Assembly (NCBI GenBank): GCA_037441385.1
Contig: JBBISH010000030.1
Coordinates: 1 to 53,725, forward strand
Direction of reading: 5' to 3'
Source of the DNA: Myxococcales bacterium
Lineage (GTDB): Bacteria > Myxococcota_A > UBA9042
Length of the DNA: 53,725 nt
The translations under genes were made by a program, and so were the position numbers. Position 1 is the first letter of the stretch; every line of letters starts with the position of its first letter. The notes below the pieces were generated by a model. That model was given only the letters and a program-made list of their open reading frames with translations. It ran no database searches and was not told the DNA's origin. Positions 16,757 to 26,472 of the stretch are shown piece after piece.

Positions 16757-19414
16757 CTATGGCTTGGCCAGTTCCTCTTCGATCACCTTGGCCATGAGCA
16801 GCGGCGCATAACCCCACTGCGCAAAGGCGATCTTTCCGTCCTTGCCCACCACGTAGACGATCGGCATCGGCGGCCCGTACGGAATCGGCTGGCCCAGCGT
16901 CACGTCGAGCACATCCGACCAGTCGTGGCCGTCTTTGGTCGTCAGCGGCGAGTGCAGCACGGGGAAGGGTAGTTCCAAGATGGGGACCTCGGGCGCGCTG
17001 CCGGTGTCCCACGGATTGATGTCGACCACCGCCAATTGCCCAGCATCGATCCACGGTTTCAGGTGGCGAGCGGCCGTCGCCATGGCCATGAAGCCCACCG
17101 GGCACGTATGCGCCGCGATGAGCACGACGCCCACTTTGCCCGACAGCGTGGCGTTGACATCCCAAGACTTGCCTTGAAGGTCGCTGTAGTTCAGCTGCGG
17201 CAGCGCCTCGCCAACGTGCAGCCAACTCGTCTCGGTCAACGGGACGACCAGCGGCTCGGCCGCGGGCGGGTCGACGAACAGCGTGATCTTGTGGTCCACC
17301 ACGCCCTTCTTGACCTTGGTCATCGAGACCGGGAGCGTGACCAGCTTGCCCGGCGGCACCACCCACGGGCCCATCTTGAGCTGGGCTCCGCTGCCGGGTG
17401 CTTCCTCGACCTCCATCTTGACGACCTTGGCCTCGGTCTGACCCGCGTTGAAGACCCGCAAACTGCCCAAGATCTTGGTACCCAGCGCGGCCGGTGCTGC
17501 GTACACCGCCTGCTGCATCATCAGCACCGGCCCATCCACCGCCTTGTCCGGCGCGATGTGCATCCGCCGCACCGCCTGGAACTCCGACGCAAGCAGCGTG
17601 CTGGCATCGAGCAGGTCCACGTCTAGCGAGAACTTGGGGCTGTGCGACGCGCCCCGCACCAGCAGCGGACCACTGGCGGCCGGCGGGGCGTCCACCGCGA
17701 GCAGGTAGTGTCCCGCGGCGGCGTAGGCGTGGTCACCCTGAGCCCAGACTCCGTAGACCGAAGACGTGGTCGCCGCCGAGCCCACCAACTGTGGCTGCTG
17801 TAAATTGGCCAGCTCGTACAAGTGCAAGAAGCCTGAGAAGTCGCCGACCCACACTCGCGTACCGTCTACGTGCAAGTGCGCTGCCACACCTGGGGTCGGC
17901 GCAAATGCTCCCCAAGGCGAAGTCGCGGTGCCCACCGCGGTCACGTTGAGTACGTGCAAGCCCAAGCTACTGGCCACCGCCAGATGGCTGGCGTCCAGTT
18001 GGCGCAAATCCCAAATGTCCGCGCCGGGCGGTGGCGGCACCTCTAGAATCTTACTGCCCAGGCTGGTGTCGACCCGCCAAATTCCCTTGCGGTGTGCAGC
18101 GATGTACACGTGGCCATCGACCACGGCCATCCCTTCGCTCCCCAGTGCGCCGTTCAGCGACAACCACACTTTGTCCAAGGCCGCGACCTTGCCGGTGGCG
18201 TCGAGCTGGGCCACGTGCAAGTAGCCGTTGCGGCTAGAGCAATACAGGGTGTCAAAGTGCTTGACCATGCGGTTGCACATCTGGCCGCCGATGACGCTCC
18301 AGTTGGCCATGGGCTGTGCTTTGGTGGGATCACTAGGGAAATCAAAGCTTACGTAGCCATCTTGCGACCCCGCCACCCACAGGCGCGTATTTTGGACCAG
18401 TCCTTCCATGAAGTGGGCGGCGCCGTCCTTGGTCGGCGGCGTGAACACCACGTCCAGCTGGGTCAGCGGCGTGTCGTAGGTACTGGCGCCCGTGCCGCAC
18501 ACCTTGCTCATGCCGCTGGGGCCAAAAGTTGCTGCGATCGGCACGGTGACCTGGGCGATGGCGCCGGCCTTGATCGCCACTTTGCCGGGGCCGCCGGCAT
18601 TGCTGCACAACATGCCACCGGCCACCTGATACCCGGACGCGTTCTTGACCCACACCAGGATCTGGTACTCACCTGGGTTGGCGTGCAGGTAGAAGGTGAC
18701 GGGCAGGGCGCCATCCAAGCTCTGTAGTGCTTGCGGGCCGGCCTGCTCGGCCGGGTTGCCCACGATCGGCCCGGTAAACTCGCCCGCGGCGTCCAGCATG
18801 ATCGACACAGTGCCGCCCAGGCCGTCGATCACCCCTTGGGCGGTGACGACCAGGTTGGTGTCGGCGGGCGCGCCAGGTGGCAACACGAAGCCGGCTGAGT
18901 CGCCCACGGCGTCGATCGTGCCCCCATCCATCGGCGCTGCGGCCGCGTCTTGGGCCGTTGCCGTACTAGGCGCGTCGGCCACCTCTGCGTCCGCTGGGGC
19001 CGCCGCGTCGGCGTCGTCCGCGGCCAAGTCTGCCTGCATCCCGTCGGTCCCGCCGTCCACGGCTGTGACATCGGCAGGGGGCGCGTCGAGTTCGGCATCG
19101 CTAGCCGACCCAGCCGGGCCGGCGTCGGTCCCGACTTCGGCGACGTCCGCTGGGCCGTCGGCGGCAGCGACCTCTTGCGCAAGGGAAACTTGCGCTGCGT
19201 CGCTTGCCGCAACCTCGGACGCGAGTTCTGTGGTCGCTGCGTCGCTCTCGGCCACGTCTTCTGTCGCGACTTGCCCATCGCTCTGGGCGGCAGGTTCGGC
19301 GTTGGGAGTCGAGCCAGAACAGCCGCCTAGCAGGGCAGCCGCCAATACCAACCATACCGCGCGAATGCGGAGGTCAACTGGGCGAGATCGCGCGGCTTGG
19401 CCAAGGGCACGCAT
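16757..19414 (-). CDS. Lipoprotein: acidic Ala/Asp linker, LVIVD-like beta-propeller, Ig-like domain, C-terminal thioredoxin-fold (AhpC/TSA-like) domain
   Basis: Lipobox LGGC; repeats such as MAVVDGHVYIAAH and VWAQGDHAYAAAG; C-terminal GKVGVVLIAAHTCPVG...PIVYVVGKDGKI. Confidence 0.7.
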   Translation of the reverse strand: MRALGQAARSRPVDLRIRAVWLVLAAALLGGCSGSTPNAEPAAQSDGQVATEDVAESDAATTELASEVAASDAAQVSLAQEVAAADGPADVAEVGTDAGPAGSASDAELDAPPADVTAVDGGTDGMQADLAADDADAAAPADAEVADAPSTATAQDAAAAPMDGGTIDAVGDSAGFVLPPGAPADTNLVVTAQGVIDGLGGTVSIMLDAAGEFTGPIVGNPAEQAGPQALQSLDGALPVTFYLHANPGEYQILVWVKNASGYQVAGGMLCSNAGGPGKVAIKAGAIAQVTVPIAATFGPSGMSKVCGTGASTYDTPLTQLDVVFTPPTKDGAAHFMEGLVQNTRLWVAGSQDGYVSFDFPSDPTKAQPMANWSVIGGQMCNRMVKHFDTLYCSSRNGYLHVAQLDATGKVAALDKVWLSLNGALGSEGMAVVDGHVYIAAHRKGIWRVDTSLGSKILEVPPPPGADIWDLRQLDASHLAVASSLGLHVLNVTAVGTATSPWGAFAPTPGVAAHLHVDGTRVWVGDFSGFLHLYELANLQQPQLVGSAATTSSVYGVWAQGDHAYAAAGHYLLAVDAPPAASGPLLVRGASHSPKFSLDVDLLDASTLLASEFQAVRRMHIAPDKAVDGPVLMMQQAVYAAPAALGTKILGSLRVFNAGQTEAKVVKMEVEEAPGSGAQLKMGPWVVPPGKLVTLPVSMTKVKKGVVDHKITLFVDPPAAEPLVVPLTETSWLHVGEALPQLNYSDLQGKSWDVNATLSGKVGVVLIAAHTCPVGFMAMATAARHLKPWIDAGQLAVVDINPWDTGSAPEVPILELPFPVLHSPLTTKDGHDWSDVLDVTLGQPIPYGPPMPIVYVVGKDGKIAFAQWGYAPLLMAKVIEEELAKP

Positions 19415-19479
19415 AGGACCATCTTTGCGTTTGCCGACGCGCGGGTCAAGGGGCTGCCGGGCAAGAAGTGTTTGCGAAA

Positions 19480-20307
19480 TCAAGATGGTTTGGACTCGGC
19501 CAAAGCACGCCCACGCCGCTGCGCCGCGGCCACCGCGCCGGTCAGTTGCTCGGACCAACCACCCGAATTCAAATGTGCCAGCGCGGCCTCGGTCATGCCC
19601 CCCTTGCTCGTCACCTGCGCGCGGAGCTCGCCGGCCGACCGGGCCGAGTGCTGGAGCAGCGCCGCGGCTCCGATCAGCGTTTGCCGCGCCAGATCCGCGG
19701 CCATGCCTGCTGGCAATTGGGCTGCCCGGGCGGCATGTTCCAGCGCTTCGCACAGCGCAAAGACGTAGGCCGGACCGCAGCCTGCCACGGCGGTAAAGGC
19801 GTCAAAGGCCGATTCGTCCAGCAGGTAGTGTTGCCCCAGCGGCTGCAACAGCCCGGCCGCCCGCTGCAGATCGGACTGCCGGATTTGCTGACCGGCGCAC
19901 ATCGCCACGGCCCCCAAACCCAGCTGCACGGGGGTATTGGGCATCCAGCGGATCACCTTGGCTTGCCGCCCCAAGGCGCCCTCTAGCTCGGCCAGGGGCA
20001 CGCCCGCCAGCAGCGAGATCCAGATCGTGTCCGGCCGCTCGGCCGCGGCGCTCGCCAATTGCGGCAAGAGGGCGCCGCGTTGCTGCGGCTTGAACGCCAG
20101 CAGCACGATCTGGGCTTGGGCCGCCGCCCGCAAGTCCAGCGAACACGCAATGCCCAGGGTCGTCCGCACGGACTCGGCCGACTCGGCGCGGGCGGTACAC
20201 GCGCAGATGTGCGCGGCCGACAGGGTCCCCGTCGACAACCACCGACTGATCAAGGCCTTGGCCATGTTGCCGCAGCCGATCGAGCCCAGGGTCAGGTCAT
20301 CTGCCAC
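19480..20307 (-). CDS. proC: Pyrroline-5-carboxylate reductase
   Basis: IGCGNMA, LAFKPQ, ISLLAGV, RWMPNTP, AGCGPAY, VTSKGGMT; GTG start overlaps the end of fmt. Confidence 0.93.
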   Translation of the reverse strand: MADDLTLGSIGCGNMAKALISRWLSTGTLSAAHICACTARAESAESVRTTLGIACSLDLRAAAQAQIVLLAFKPQQRGALLPQLASAAAERPDTIWISLLAGVPLAELEGALGRQAKVIRWMPNTPVQLGLGAVAMCAGQQIRQSDLQRAAGLLQPLGQHYLLDESAFDAFTAVAGCGPAYVFALCEALEHAARAAQLPAGMAADLARQTLIGAAALLQHSARSAGELRAQVTSKGGMTEAALAHLNSGGWSEQLTGAVAAAQRRGRALAESKPS

Positions 20308-21239
20308 AGCGTCTCTCCCACTCCGCGGCGAACCCCGCGCACCACGTCGGGCGCTGCCGTGCGGTTCTTGCCCGGCCGCTGCAGCCAGGCAATGCCCAGG
20401 CTGCCGTCGCCGCAGGCGATCCAGACGTGCGTCCGATCCACGGCGGTCAGCGTGCCGGGCGCTGCGCGATGGCTCGCCAGCCGTAGCTCGTCGGGCGCCA
20501 CTTTCCACAGCTCGCCCGGCGCGGCAGCCGCGGCGAACGAGCATCCTGGCCACGGCTGCAGCCCGCGAATTTGCGCGTGCAGACTTGCGGCCGGCTTGGC
20601 AAAGTCCAACAGCCCCTCGTGCTTGTCGAGCGGCGGCGCAAACGTAACGCCTTCTGCGGGTTGAGGCACCGCCACCAGACGCCGGCTCTGCAGGTCGCCC
20701 AGGCGCTGCACCAGCAGCTCGGCGCCGGCAAGCGCCAAGCGTTCTTCCAACTGCGGGGTGGTCTCGTCGGCGCCAATCGGTAGCGCAACCCGATCCAGAA
20801 CCGCGCCCGTGTCCAAGCCTGCGTCCATTTGCATCAGGCACACGCCCGATTCGCGATCGCCAGCGGCAATGGCGCGCGCGATGGGCGATGCGCCCCGCCA
20901 CCGCGGCAGCAGCGAGGCATGGAGGTTGACGCAGCCAAGGGTCGGCACGTCCAGGACTTCCTGCGTCAAGATCCGGCCGTACGCGGCGACGACGCCCAGG
21001 TCGGGCCGCCGCTCGCGCAGCCATTGCGCCAGGGTGCCATCGCGCACCTTCACCGGCTGCAGAACGTCCAAGTGGGCGTCTTGGGCAAAGACCTTGACGG
21101 CGGGCGGTTTCAGCTGATTGCCGCGGCCGGCGGGCTTGTCGGGCTGGGTGACCACGCCCACGACGTCCTGGCCGGCGTGGACCAAAGCCGACAACGCGGC
21201 GACCGCGAACGGCGGTGAGCCAAAAAAGACGATGCGCAC
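20292..21239 (-). CDS. fmt: Methionyl-tRNA formyltransferase
   Basis: MRIVFFGSPPFA, VTQPDKPAGRG, VAAYGRIL, NLHASLLPRWRGASPI, MDAGLDTG. Confidence 0.97.
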   Translation of the reverse strand: MRIVFFGSPPFAVAALSALVHAGQDVVGVVTQPDKPAGRGNQLKPPAVKVFAQDAHLDVLQPVKVRDGTLAQWLRERRPDLGVVAAYGRILTQEVLDVPTLGCVNLHASLLPRWRGASPIARAIAAGDRESGVCLMQMDAGLDTGAVLDRVALPIGADETTPQLEERLALAGAELLVQRLGDLQSRRLVAVPQPAEGVTFAPPLDKHEGLLDFAKPAASLHAQIRGLQPWPGCSFAAAAAPGELWKVAPDELRLASHRAAPGTLTAVDRTHVWIACGDGSLGIAWLQRPGKNRTAAPDVVRGVRRGVGETLWQMT

Positions 21240-21261
21240 GGCAACCTTGTGTTTTTGTGGG

Positions 21262-21834
21262 TTACGGATTGCTGATGGTCTGCGGCGGGCGGCGCACCTT
21301 GGACTGCGCGCGGAACGCCTTGTCGTCGATGACTTCGCGGTGAGCCCGGGTGTAGTCGCGCAGGGCGATGCGTTTTTTCAGCGGCGACAACCGGTCCACA
21401 AAGGTGATGCCTTCCAGGTGGTCAAACTCGTGCTGGGCGCAAATCGCCACCAGCCCGCGCATGGTGGCCGACTGCTCCACGCCGTGGCGATCCTGCCAGG
21501 CCAGGTCGATCTCGGCGGCGCGATTCACGTTTTCGTACAGGCCAGGGAAAGACAGGCAGCCTTCTTCGTACTTGATCTCGCCGCGGCGCGCCAAGATCCG
21601 GGGGTTGATGATTTCCAGACGCCCGGTGCGGTTGTCGCCTTCGAGCGGCACGTCCATGACGAAGAACCGCAGCGACTGCCCCACTTGATTGGCAGCAAGG
21701 CCGATGCCGTCCTTGATCATGGTCTCGTACATGTCGTCGAGCAGTTGGTGCAGCTCGGCGTCAAAGCGAGTGACCTCAGCGCAGCGCGTGCTGAGAATCG
21801 GGTCGGGATAGGTCACAATGGTCAGCTTGGCCAC
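21262..21834 (-). CDS. def: Peptide deformylase
   Basis: GIGLAANQVG, EGCLS, QHEFDHLEG; immediately upstream of fmt; GTG start after AAGGAAG. Confidence 0.97.
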   Translation of the reverse strand: MAKLTIVTYPDPILSTRCAEVTRFDAELHQLLDDMYETMIKDGIGLAANQVGQSLRFFVMDVPLEGDNRTGRLEIINPRILARRGEIKYEEGCLSFPGLYENVNRAAEIDLAWQDRHGVEQSATMRGLVAICAQHEFDHLEGITFVDRLSPLKKRIALRDYTRAHREVIDDKAFRAQSKVRRPPQTISNP

Positions 21835-21899
21835 GATCTTCTTCCTTGTTCCAACCCGGAGCCTGCCGGGCAATCGATCCAACCGGGATGAATCCCTTG

Positions 21900-22307
21900 T
21901 TACTCTGCAGCCTTTGTGCGGCGCGGCTTGGCCTTGGCCTTGGCGGCCGGCGCTTCTGCTTCGCCGGATGCGGCCTGGGCCGCTTCGGCTTGGTCGGCCG
22001 CGGCGCGCGCGCGGGTCAATTCGTGTTGCGCTTCGTCAAGCTGATCACGGACTTCTGCAAGATTGTCCTCTAGGTCGCGAATCGAGCGGCGCAGCTTGGC
22101 CACGTCGTCGCGGGTGACCAACTCGAATGAGGCCGCTAGGTTCTTGACCCGCTTTTCGACCAAGTCGCGGGCTTCGGCCCGCAAGTTGATGGCGGCCACC
22201 AGCGCTTGCTGAAGTTGCGGGTTGGCGATGACCTTGAGGGTCGCGTCCGACGCCAAGACCTTGCTGACCTGCTTGGCGGCAATATCCTTGATCTGATTGA
22301 GCATCAT
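21900..22307 (-). CDS. Small coiled-coil protein (phasin/BMFP-like), function unknown
   Basis: Helical heptads, ELVTRDDVAKL segment, Ala/Lys-rich tail; AGAGGAAG RBS. Confidence 0.6.
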   Translation of the reverse strand: MMLNQIKDIAAKQVSKVLASDATLKVIANPQLQQALVAAINLRAEARDLVEKRVKNLAASFELVTRDDVAKLRRSIRDLEDNLAEVRDQLDEAQHELTRARAAADQAEAAQAASGEAEAPAAKAKAKPRRTKAAE

Positions 22308-22438
22308 CTTCCTCTACGGGCCTTTGCAGCCCGGATTGATTGCGCCCTTGTGGGCGCGTGTGCCTGCCGGCGTCGCTTGCCTCGCATGCCGCGTCGCCAG
22401 ACTGTTCAAGTTGACGTCAGGTTTCCACCGCTTCGCTG

Positions 22439-24625
22439 CTACGGGCAGCCGCAGAAGTCGAAGTCTTTGCAGCAGTCGCCCCAGGCCTGGCAAGCCGTGT
22501 CGCACCAGCACCCGCCGCTGCCCTGGCCGCCGCACTTGTTCTTGCAGGTATTCCCGGGGTCTGCGCCGCACAGGTTGCCGCCGCCACCGCACGCCGCCGC
22601 GAAGTCGGAGCAGCAGTCGCCGTAGCCCGAGCACACGTCGTCGCAGTAGCAGGTCCCACCCGGCGCGGCGCCTCCGCAGGCACCCACGCAGCTGTTGGGG
22701 CCGCCGCCACCGCCACCCCCGCCGCACTGGGCCGCATAGTCGCTGCAGCAGTCGCCCGAAGCCTTGCATTGGGTGTCGCAGAAGCACTGGCCGCTTGGAG
22801 CCGGTCCGCCACACGCCCCGGCGCAGCTGCTTGCGCCACCGCCACCGCCACCGCCACCGCCGCAAGGTCCACAGTCGGCTGGGCAATTCAAACAGCTCTC
22901 TGTGGCTGGGTTGCACTGTCCGTCGCCGCAGACCGCCCCGCCGCCGCCACACTGCGCAGCGTAGTCCAAGCAGCAATCGCCAGACTTGGTGCACTGCGTA
23001 TCGCAGTAGCAGGCGCCGCTGGGTGCTGGTCCTCCGCACGCTCCAGCGCAACTGTCGGCCCCGCCGCCGCCGCCGCCACACTGCGCGGCGTAGTCCGAGC
23101 AGCAGTCGCCAGACTTGGTGCACTGCGGGTCGCAATAGCAGGCGCCGCTGGGCGCAGGTCCTCCGCACGCCCCGGCGCAACTGTTGGCGCCGCTCCCGCC
23201 GCCGCCGCAGGGTCCGCAGTCTGCCGGGCAGAGCGAGCACGACTCGCTGGGCGCACAAAAACCGTTGCCGCACACATCGGTACTGCCACCACCACCGCCG
23301 CCGCCCGCGGGCGTGCAGCCCGAGATCGCCGTGTTCGTGCAGAACTTGTTGCTGCACAGGTCCGTAGTGCACTCGTTGCCGTCGTCGCACTGCAGGTTCA
23401 ACGAGCAGGCCTTGCCCGTGCCCGTGCTGGTGTGCTTGCAGGTGCCCTGGTTGCACGTGTCGGCCGTGTTCGGGTTGCCGTCGTCGCAATCAGCAGCGCT
23501 CTGGCAGCACGACGCCTTCTTGGTGTTTGTGCAATTGCCGCCGCTGCACGTGTCTGTCGTGCACGCGTCGCCGTCGTCGCAGTCCGTGTTGGTCTGGCAG
23601 CAACCACTGCCGCTGGTGGCGTGCTGGCACTTGCCTTGCTCGCACGTGTCGACCGTGCAGGCCTTGCCGTCGTCGCACTGCTTGGCGTCGACGCAGCAGC
23701 CCGCGCCCTGGGCCACGTGCGTGCATTTGAAGTCGTTGCAGGCATCGGCGGTGCAATCGATGGCGTCGTCGCAGTCTTTGGCGGTTTGGCAGCAACCCAA
23801 GCCGGCGGACTTGTGCTTGCACAGCCCCGCTTCGCAGCTATCGTTGCTGCAGTCGATGCCGTCGTCGCAATCGGTCGCGCTCGTGCAGCATTCGCCGGTG
23901 ACGCCCACCGGGCAGGCCACGACAGCCTTGTACACGCAGCGGAATTGCACGCACTTGGCGCTGGAGCCGGCAATGGCCGGACATTCGCTGGCGGCGCTGC
24001 AGCAATTGGGGTCGGGCTTGGTGGGGTTGGTGTACTTGCTGTAGTTGCATGCGCCGTTTAGGCAAGCGTTGCTGCTGCAGGTGTTGCCGTCGTCGCAATC
24101 GGTGGTCTTGCTGCAACTGCAGCCGGCCTTGACCAGCTTGGGGTAGACGCAGCCGCCGCCCACGCACAGCTTGTCAAAGCAGCCGCTGGTGTCTTTGGCC
24201 GGGCAGTCGCTGGCGCTGCTGCAAGGGGTGCCGCCGTAGTTGGGGTAGCCGCTGGGCGTGGTGGTTGCGGCGTCTGAACCGCCCCCAGTCGAGCTGGCGC
24301 CGTCGCCACCGCTATCGGTGCCGGCCGCGTCTTTGCTGAAATTGGTGCTCAGGCTTTGGCATTGGCCGCCCACGCAAGGCGAGCCATTGCAGTCCGCGAC
24401 CGTGGCGCAGGTCTTGGAGGTGCAGACGCCGTTGATGCACTGCATGCCGGCGCTGGGGCAATCCGAGTCGAGCGCGCAGGTGATCGCCTGCGACTTGCCC
24501 CCCGTGGGGGTGTTGCCGGCGCAGGCAGGCAAGGCGAGAGCCATCAACGCGAGGAATACAGGCGCAATTCTGCCGGTGAACCAAGTGCCCGACGACGTTC
24601 GGCGCAAACAGACAGGCCGTTGCAT
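22439..24625 (-). CDS. Cys-rich surface lipoprotein with CDDGxxCTxDxC repeats and five somatomedin-B-like domains
   Basis: Lipobox LPAC; about 7 CDDG(N/I/K/D)xC(T/S)xDxC units; two CG(N/D)GxC...ESCxxCPADCGPC units; five SCxGxCG...CxCDxxC...DCCxD(Y/F)xxxC units joined by poly-Gly. Confidence 0.85.
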   Translation of the reverse strand: MQRPVCLRRTSSGTWFTGRIAPVFLALMALALPACAGNTPTGGKSQAITCALDSDCPSAGMQCINGVCTSKTCATVADCNGSPCVGGQCQSLSTNFSKDAAGTDSGGDGASSTGGGSDAATTTPSGYPNYGGTPCSSASDCPAKDTSGCFDKLCVGGGCVYPKLVKAGCSCSKTTDCDDGNTCSSNACLNGACNYSKYTNPTKPDPNCCSAASECPAIAGSSAKCVQFRCVYKAVVACPVGVTGECCTSATDCDDGIDCSNDSCEAGLCKHKSAGLGCCQTAKDCDDAIDCTADACNDFKCTHVAQGAGCCVDAKQCDDGKACTVDTCEQGKCQHATSGSGCCQTNTDCDDGDACTTDTCSGGNCTNTKKASCCQSAADCDDGNPNTADTCNQGTCKHTSTGTGKACSLNLQCDDGNECTTDLCSNKFCTNTAISGCTPAGGGGGGGSTDVCGNGFCAPSESCSLCPADCGPCGGGGSGANSCAGACGGPAPSGACYCDPQCTKSGDCCSDYAAQCGGGGGGADSCAGACGGPAPSGACYCDTQCTKSGDCCLDYAAQCGGGGAVCGDGQCNPATESCLNCPADCGPCGGGGGGGGGASSCAGACGGPAPSGQCFCDTQCKASGDCCSDYAAQCGGGGGGGGPNSCVGACGGAAPGGTCYCDDVCSGYGDCCSDFAAACGGGGNLCGADPGNTCKNKCGGQGSGGCWCDTACQAWGDCCKDFDFCGCP

Positions 24626-24887
24626 GGTCATCCTCGCAGGCCACTGCGCCTGCGTCGAACACCACAGAATACGCAAGCGACGTTGGCCTTTCAACCACAA
24701 TCCGCCGTGGTTGATGACGCAGCGCGTTGATCTGGCCGTGCCCTGCATAGAGCACCGATCCGAAAACCAAACTTCCACGGAAGCGTCGCGTCGGGTCGCG
24801 CCACGGCCCGCTTGCGCCCCACTTGGGGCTGGAGGCGCGATCTGCAGAGCGAATTACGCAACGAATGTCCAGTAGTTGGTCGAGTCT

Positions 24888-26270
24888 CTAGAATTTGCCG
24901 GAAGCGGAAATCGTGATCACGGTCGTGCCGATGTTCAGCACCCGCAAGCGCTGACCCGGCTGATCGACCGCCGGCAGGAACACCGGGCTGAACTCGTTGA
25001 CCCCGTTCGAGTTGGATTGATTGACTTCCTTGCCGTCCAGGTCCACACCATAGTCGCCGTAGGTAATGTAGTGCGGCGTCTCGGTGGCGTAGCCAAACTT
25101 GGCGCTGAGTTGGAAGTACTTGAACGGCTGGTAGTGCACAGCGCCCCAACCCTGGAAGCGGCCATAGCTTTCCACTTCGGTGATGCCGTCGCTGCGCCGC
25201 GGCTTGCCGGTGGCGGGATCGACGTCGGACTTGCTGTACAGCACGTTCGAGCAGCCTTCGCTGGGCTTGCACGGGTTGTTGGGCGAACCCAGGGCCTCCC
25301 AGATTTCGCTGTACTCGCGGCCGCGGGCGATGTAGTCCATCGAGAAGCCGCCCTCGATCTCCAAGCGCTCGTCGCGAACCAAGCTTTCCCACGGCACCAA
25401 CGTTAGACCTGCGCTGGCGCCGCCGGTGATGCCTGGGTTCACGTAGCGCTGCGTTTGGCCATAGGACTGGAACAGCCCTGACGACGAGCCCTGGCGAACG
25501 GGGGTAAAGTGGACGTTCACAAACGGTTCGAACACCTTGAGCGCGCGCCGCGAGATCGTCGAGTACAGCGTCAGCTCGTGCAGGCCGTAGCCCACGCCGG
25601 TGTTGCTGGCCTGCATGGGGCTGCCAGTAGGGGCCAGGTACTCGATGCCGATGACCCAGGTGGGTTCGCTGGCGTCGCGGAAGTAGTTGAATGGAGACCA
25701 CTTCAACCCAAAGGTCGCGTCGCCAAAGCCCGAGCGATCTTTGCCCTTGAAGCGCGCGTCAAACAGCGCGTCTTTGGCCGAAGGCGGCATGATGGTCGAG
25801 TTCTCGCCGGTGACGCCGCTGGCAAACGACAGCCGGTTTTGGTCGCTGAGCACGATCGGCAAATAGGCGTAGATCTCCAGGTCCTTGTACACGCCCACAC
25901 GCAAGTCGATGTTCAGCCAGTTGCGGGTGCGGGCGTAGTCCAGCTCTTTGTCCAGCAGGTAGCCATTGCTTTTCGGGCAGGCCGCGCCCAACACGTCGCC
26001 GCTCAGGCAGCGGGATTGGCGGGCGATGTTCGCGCTACGGCTCTCGGAGTTGAAGCGCAAGCGCACCGCACCGTCCCACTGGTCGTTGTTTTGGTCGTCC
26101 ATGGCGTCGAGCACGTCGGTGGTCTCTACGGCATGGGCTGCCGCCGGCAGCAGCGCGCCCGCGAGCAGGACCGTGGCGACATGTCCCGCGGCCACTGCCG
26201 AGCGCAACCGGTGCCCCGCGCGCGTCCACCGATCGCTGCCTGCCAACCGATTCTGCAACTTCACCAGCAT
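24888..26270 (-). CDS. Putative outer-membrane beta-barrel protein
   Basis: Signal peptide ending AHA; alternating amphipathic strands (GFGDATFGLKWSPF, VIGIEYLAPTG); C-terminal TISASGKF with terminal Phe (BAM signal-like). Confidence 0.75.
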   Translation of the reverse strand: MLVKLQNRLAGSDRWTRAGHRLRSAVAAGHVATVLLAGALLPAAAHAVETTDVLDAMDDQNNDQWDGAVRLRFNSESRSANIARQSRCLSGDVLGAACPKSNGYLLDKELDYARTRNWLNIDLRVGVYKDLEIYAYLPIVLSDQNRLSFASGVTGENSTIMPPSAKDALFDARFKGKDRSGFGDATFGLKWSPFNYFRDASEPTWVIGIEYLAPTGSPMQASNTGVGYGLHELTLYSTISRRALKVFEPFVNVHFTPVRQGSSSGLFQSYGQTQRYVNPGITGGASAGLTLVPWESLVRDERLEIEGGFSMDYIARGREYSEIWEALGSPNNPCKPSEGCSNVLYSKSDVDPATGKPRRSDGITEVESYGRFQGWGAVHYQPFKYFQLSAKFGYATETPHYITYGDYGVDLDGKEVNQSNSNGVNEFSPVFLPAVDQPGQRLRVLNIGTTVITISASGKF

Positions 26271-26324
26271 GAGGGCCTCGCCGCGCGCGTGTGCCGAAAA
26301 ACGGCCGAGCGCACATTATCGCGG

Positions 26325-26353
26325 AGCATAGCCGCGCATCGCACCGCCAGCAA
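26325..26353 (-). promoter_or_regulatory. Putative sigma70 promoter of the beta-barrel gene
   Basis: Minus strand TTGCTG-N17-TATGCT. Confidence 0.5.
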
Positions 26354-26472
26354 GGCCCACACCAGCGGCTTGCGAAACCGCCCACCGACACTGGCGAATT
26401 TGCGACCTGGTCGCGGTCCACGCCTGTGTTTGGGCCGGCTGCTCGGGTTTGGAGTGAGCCGGGCAACAACCG

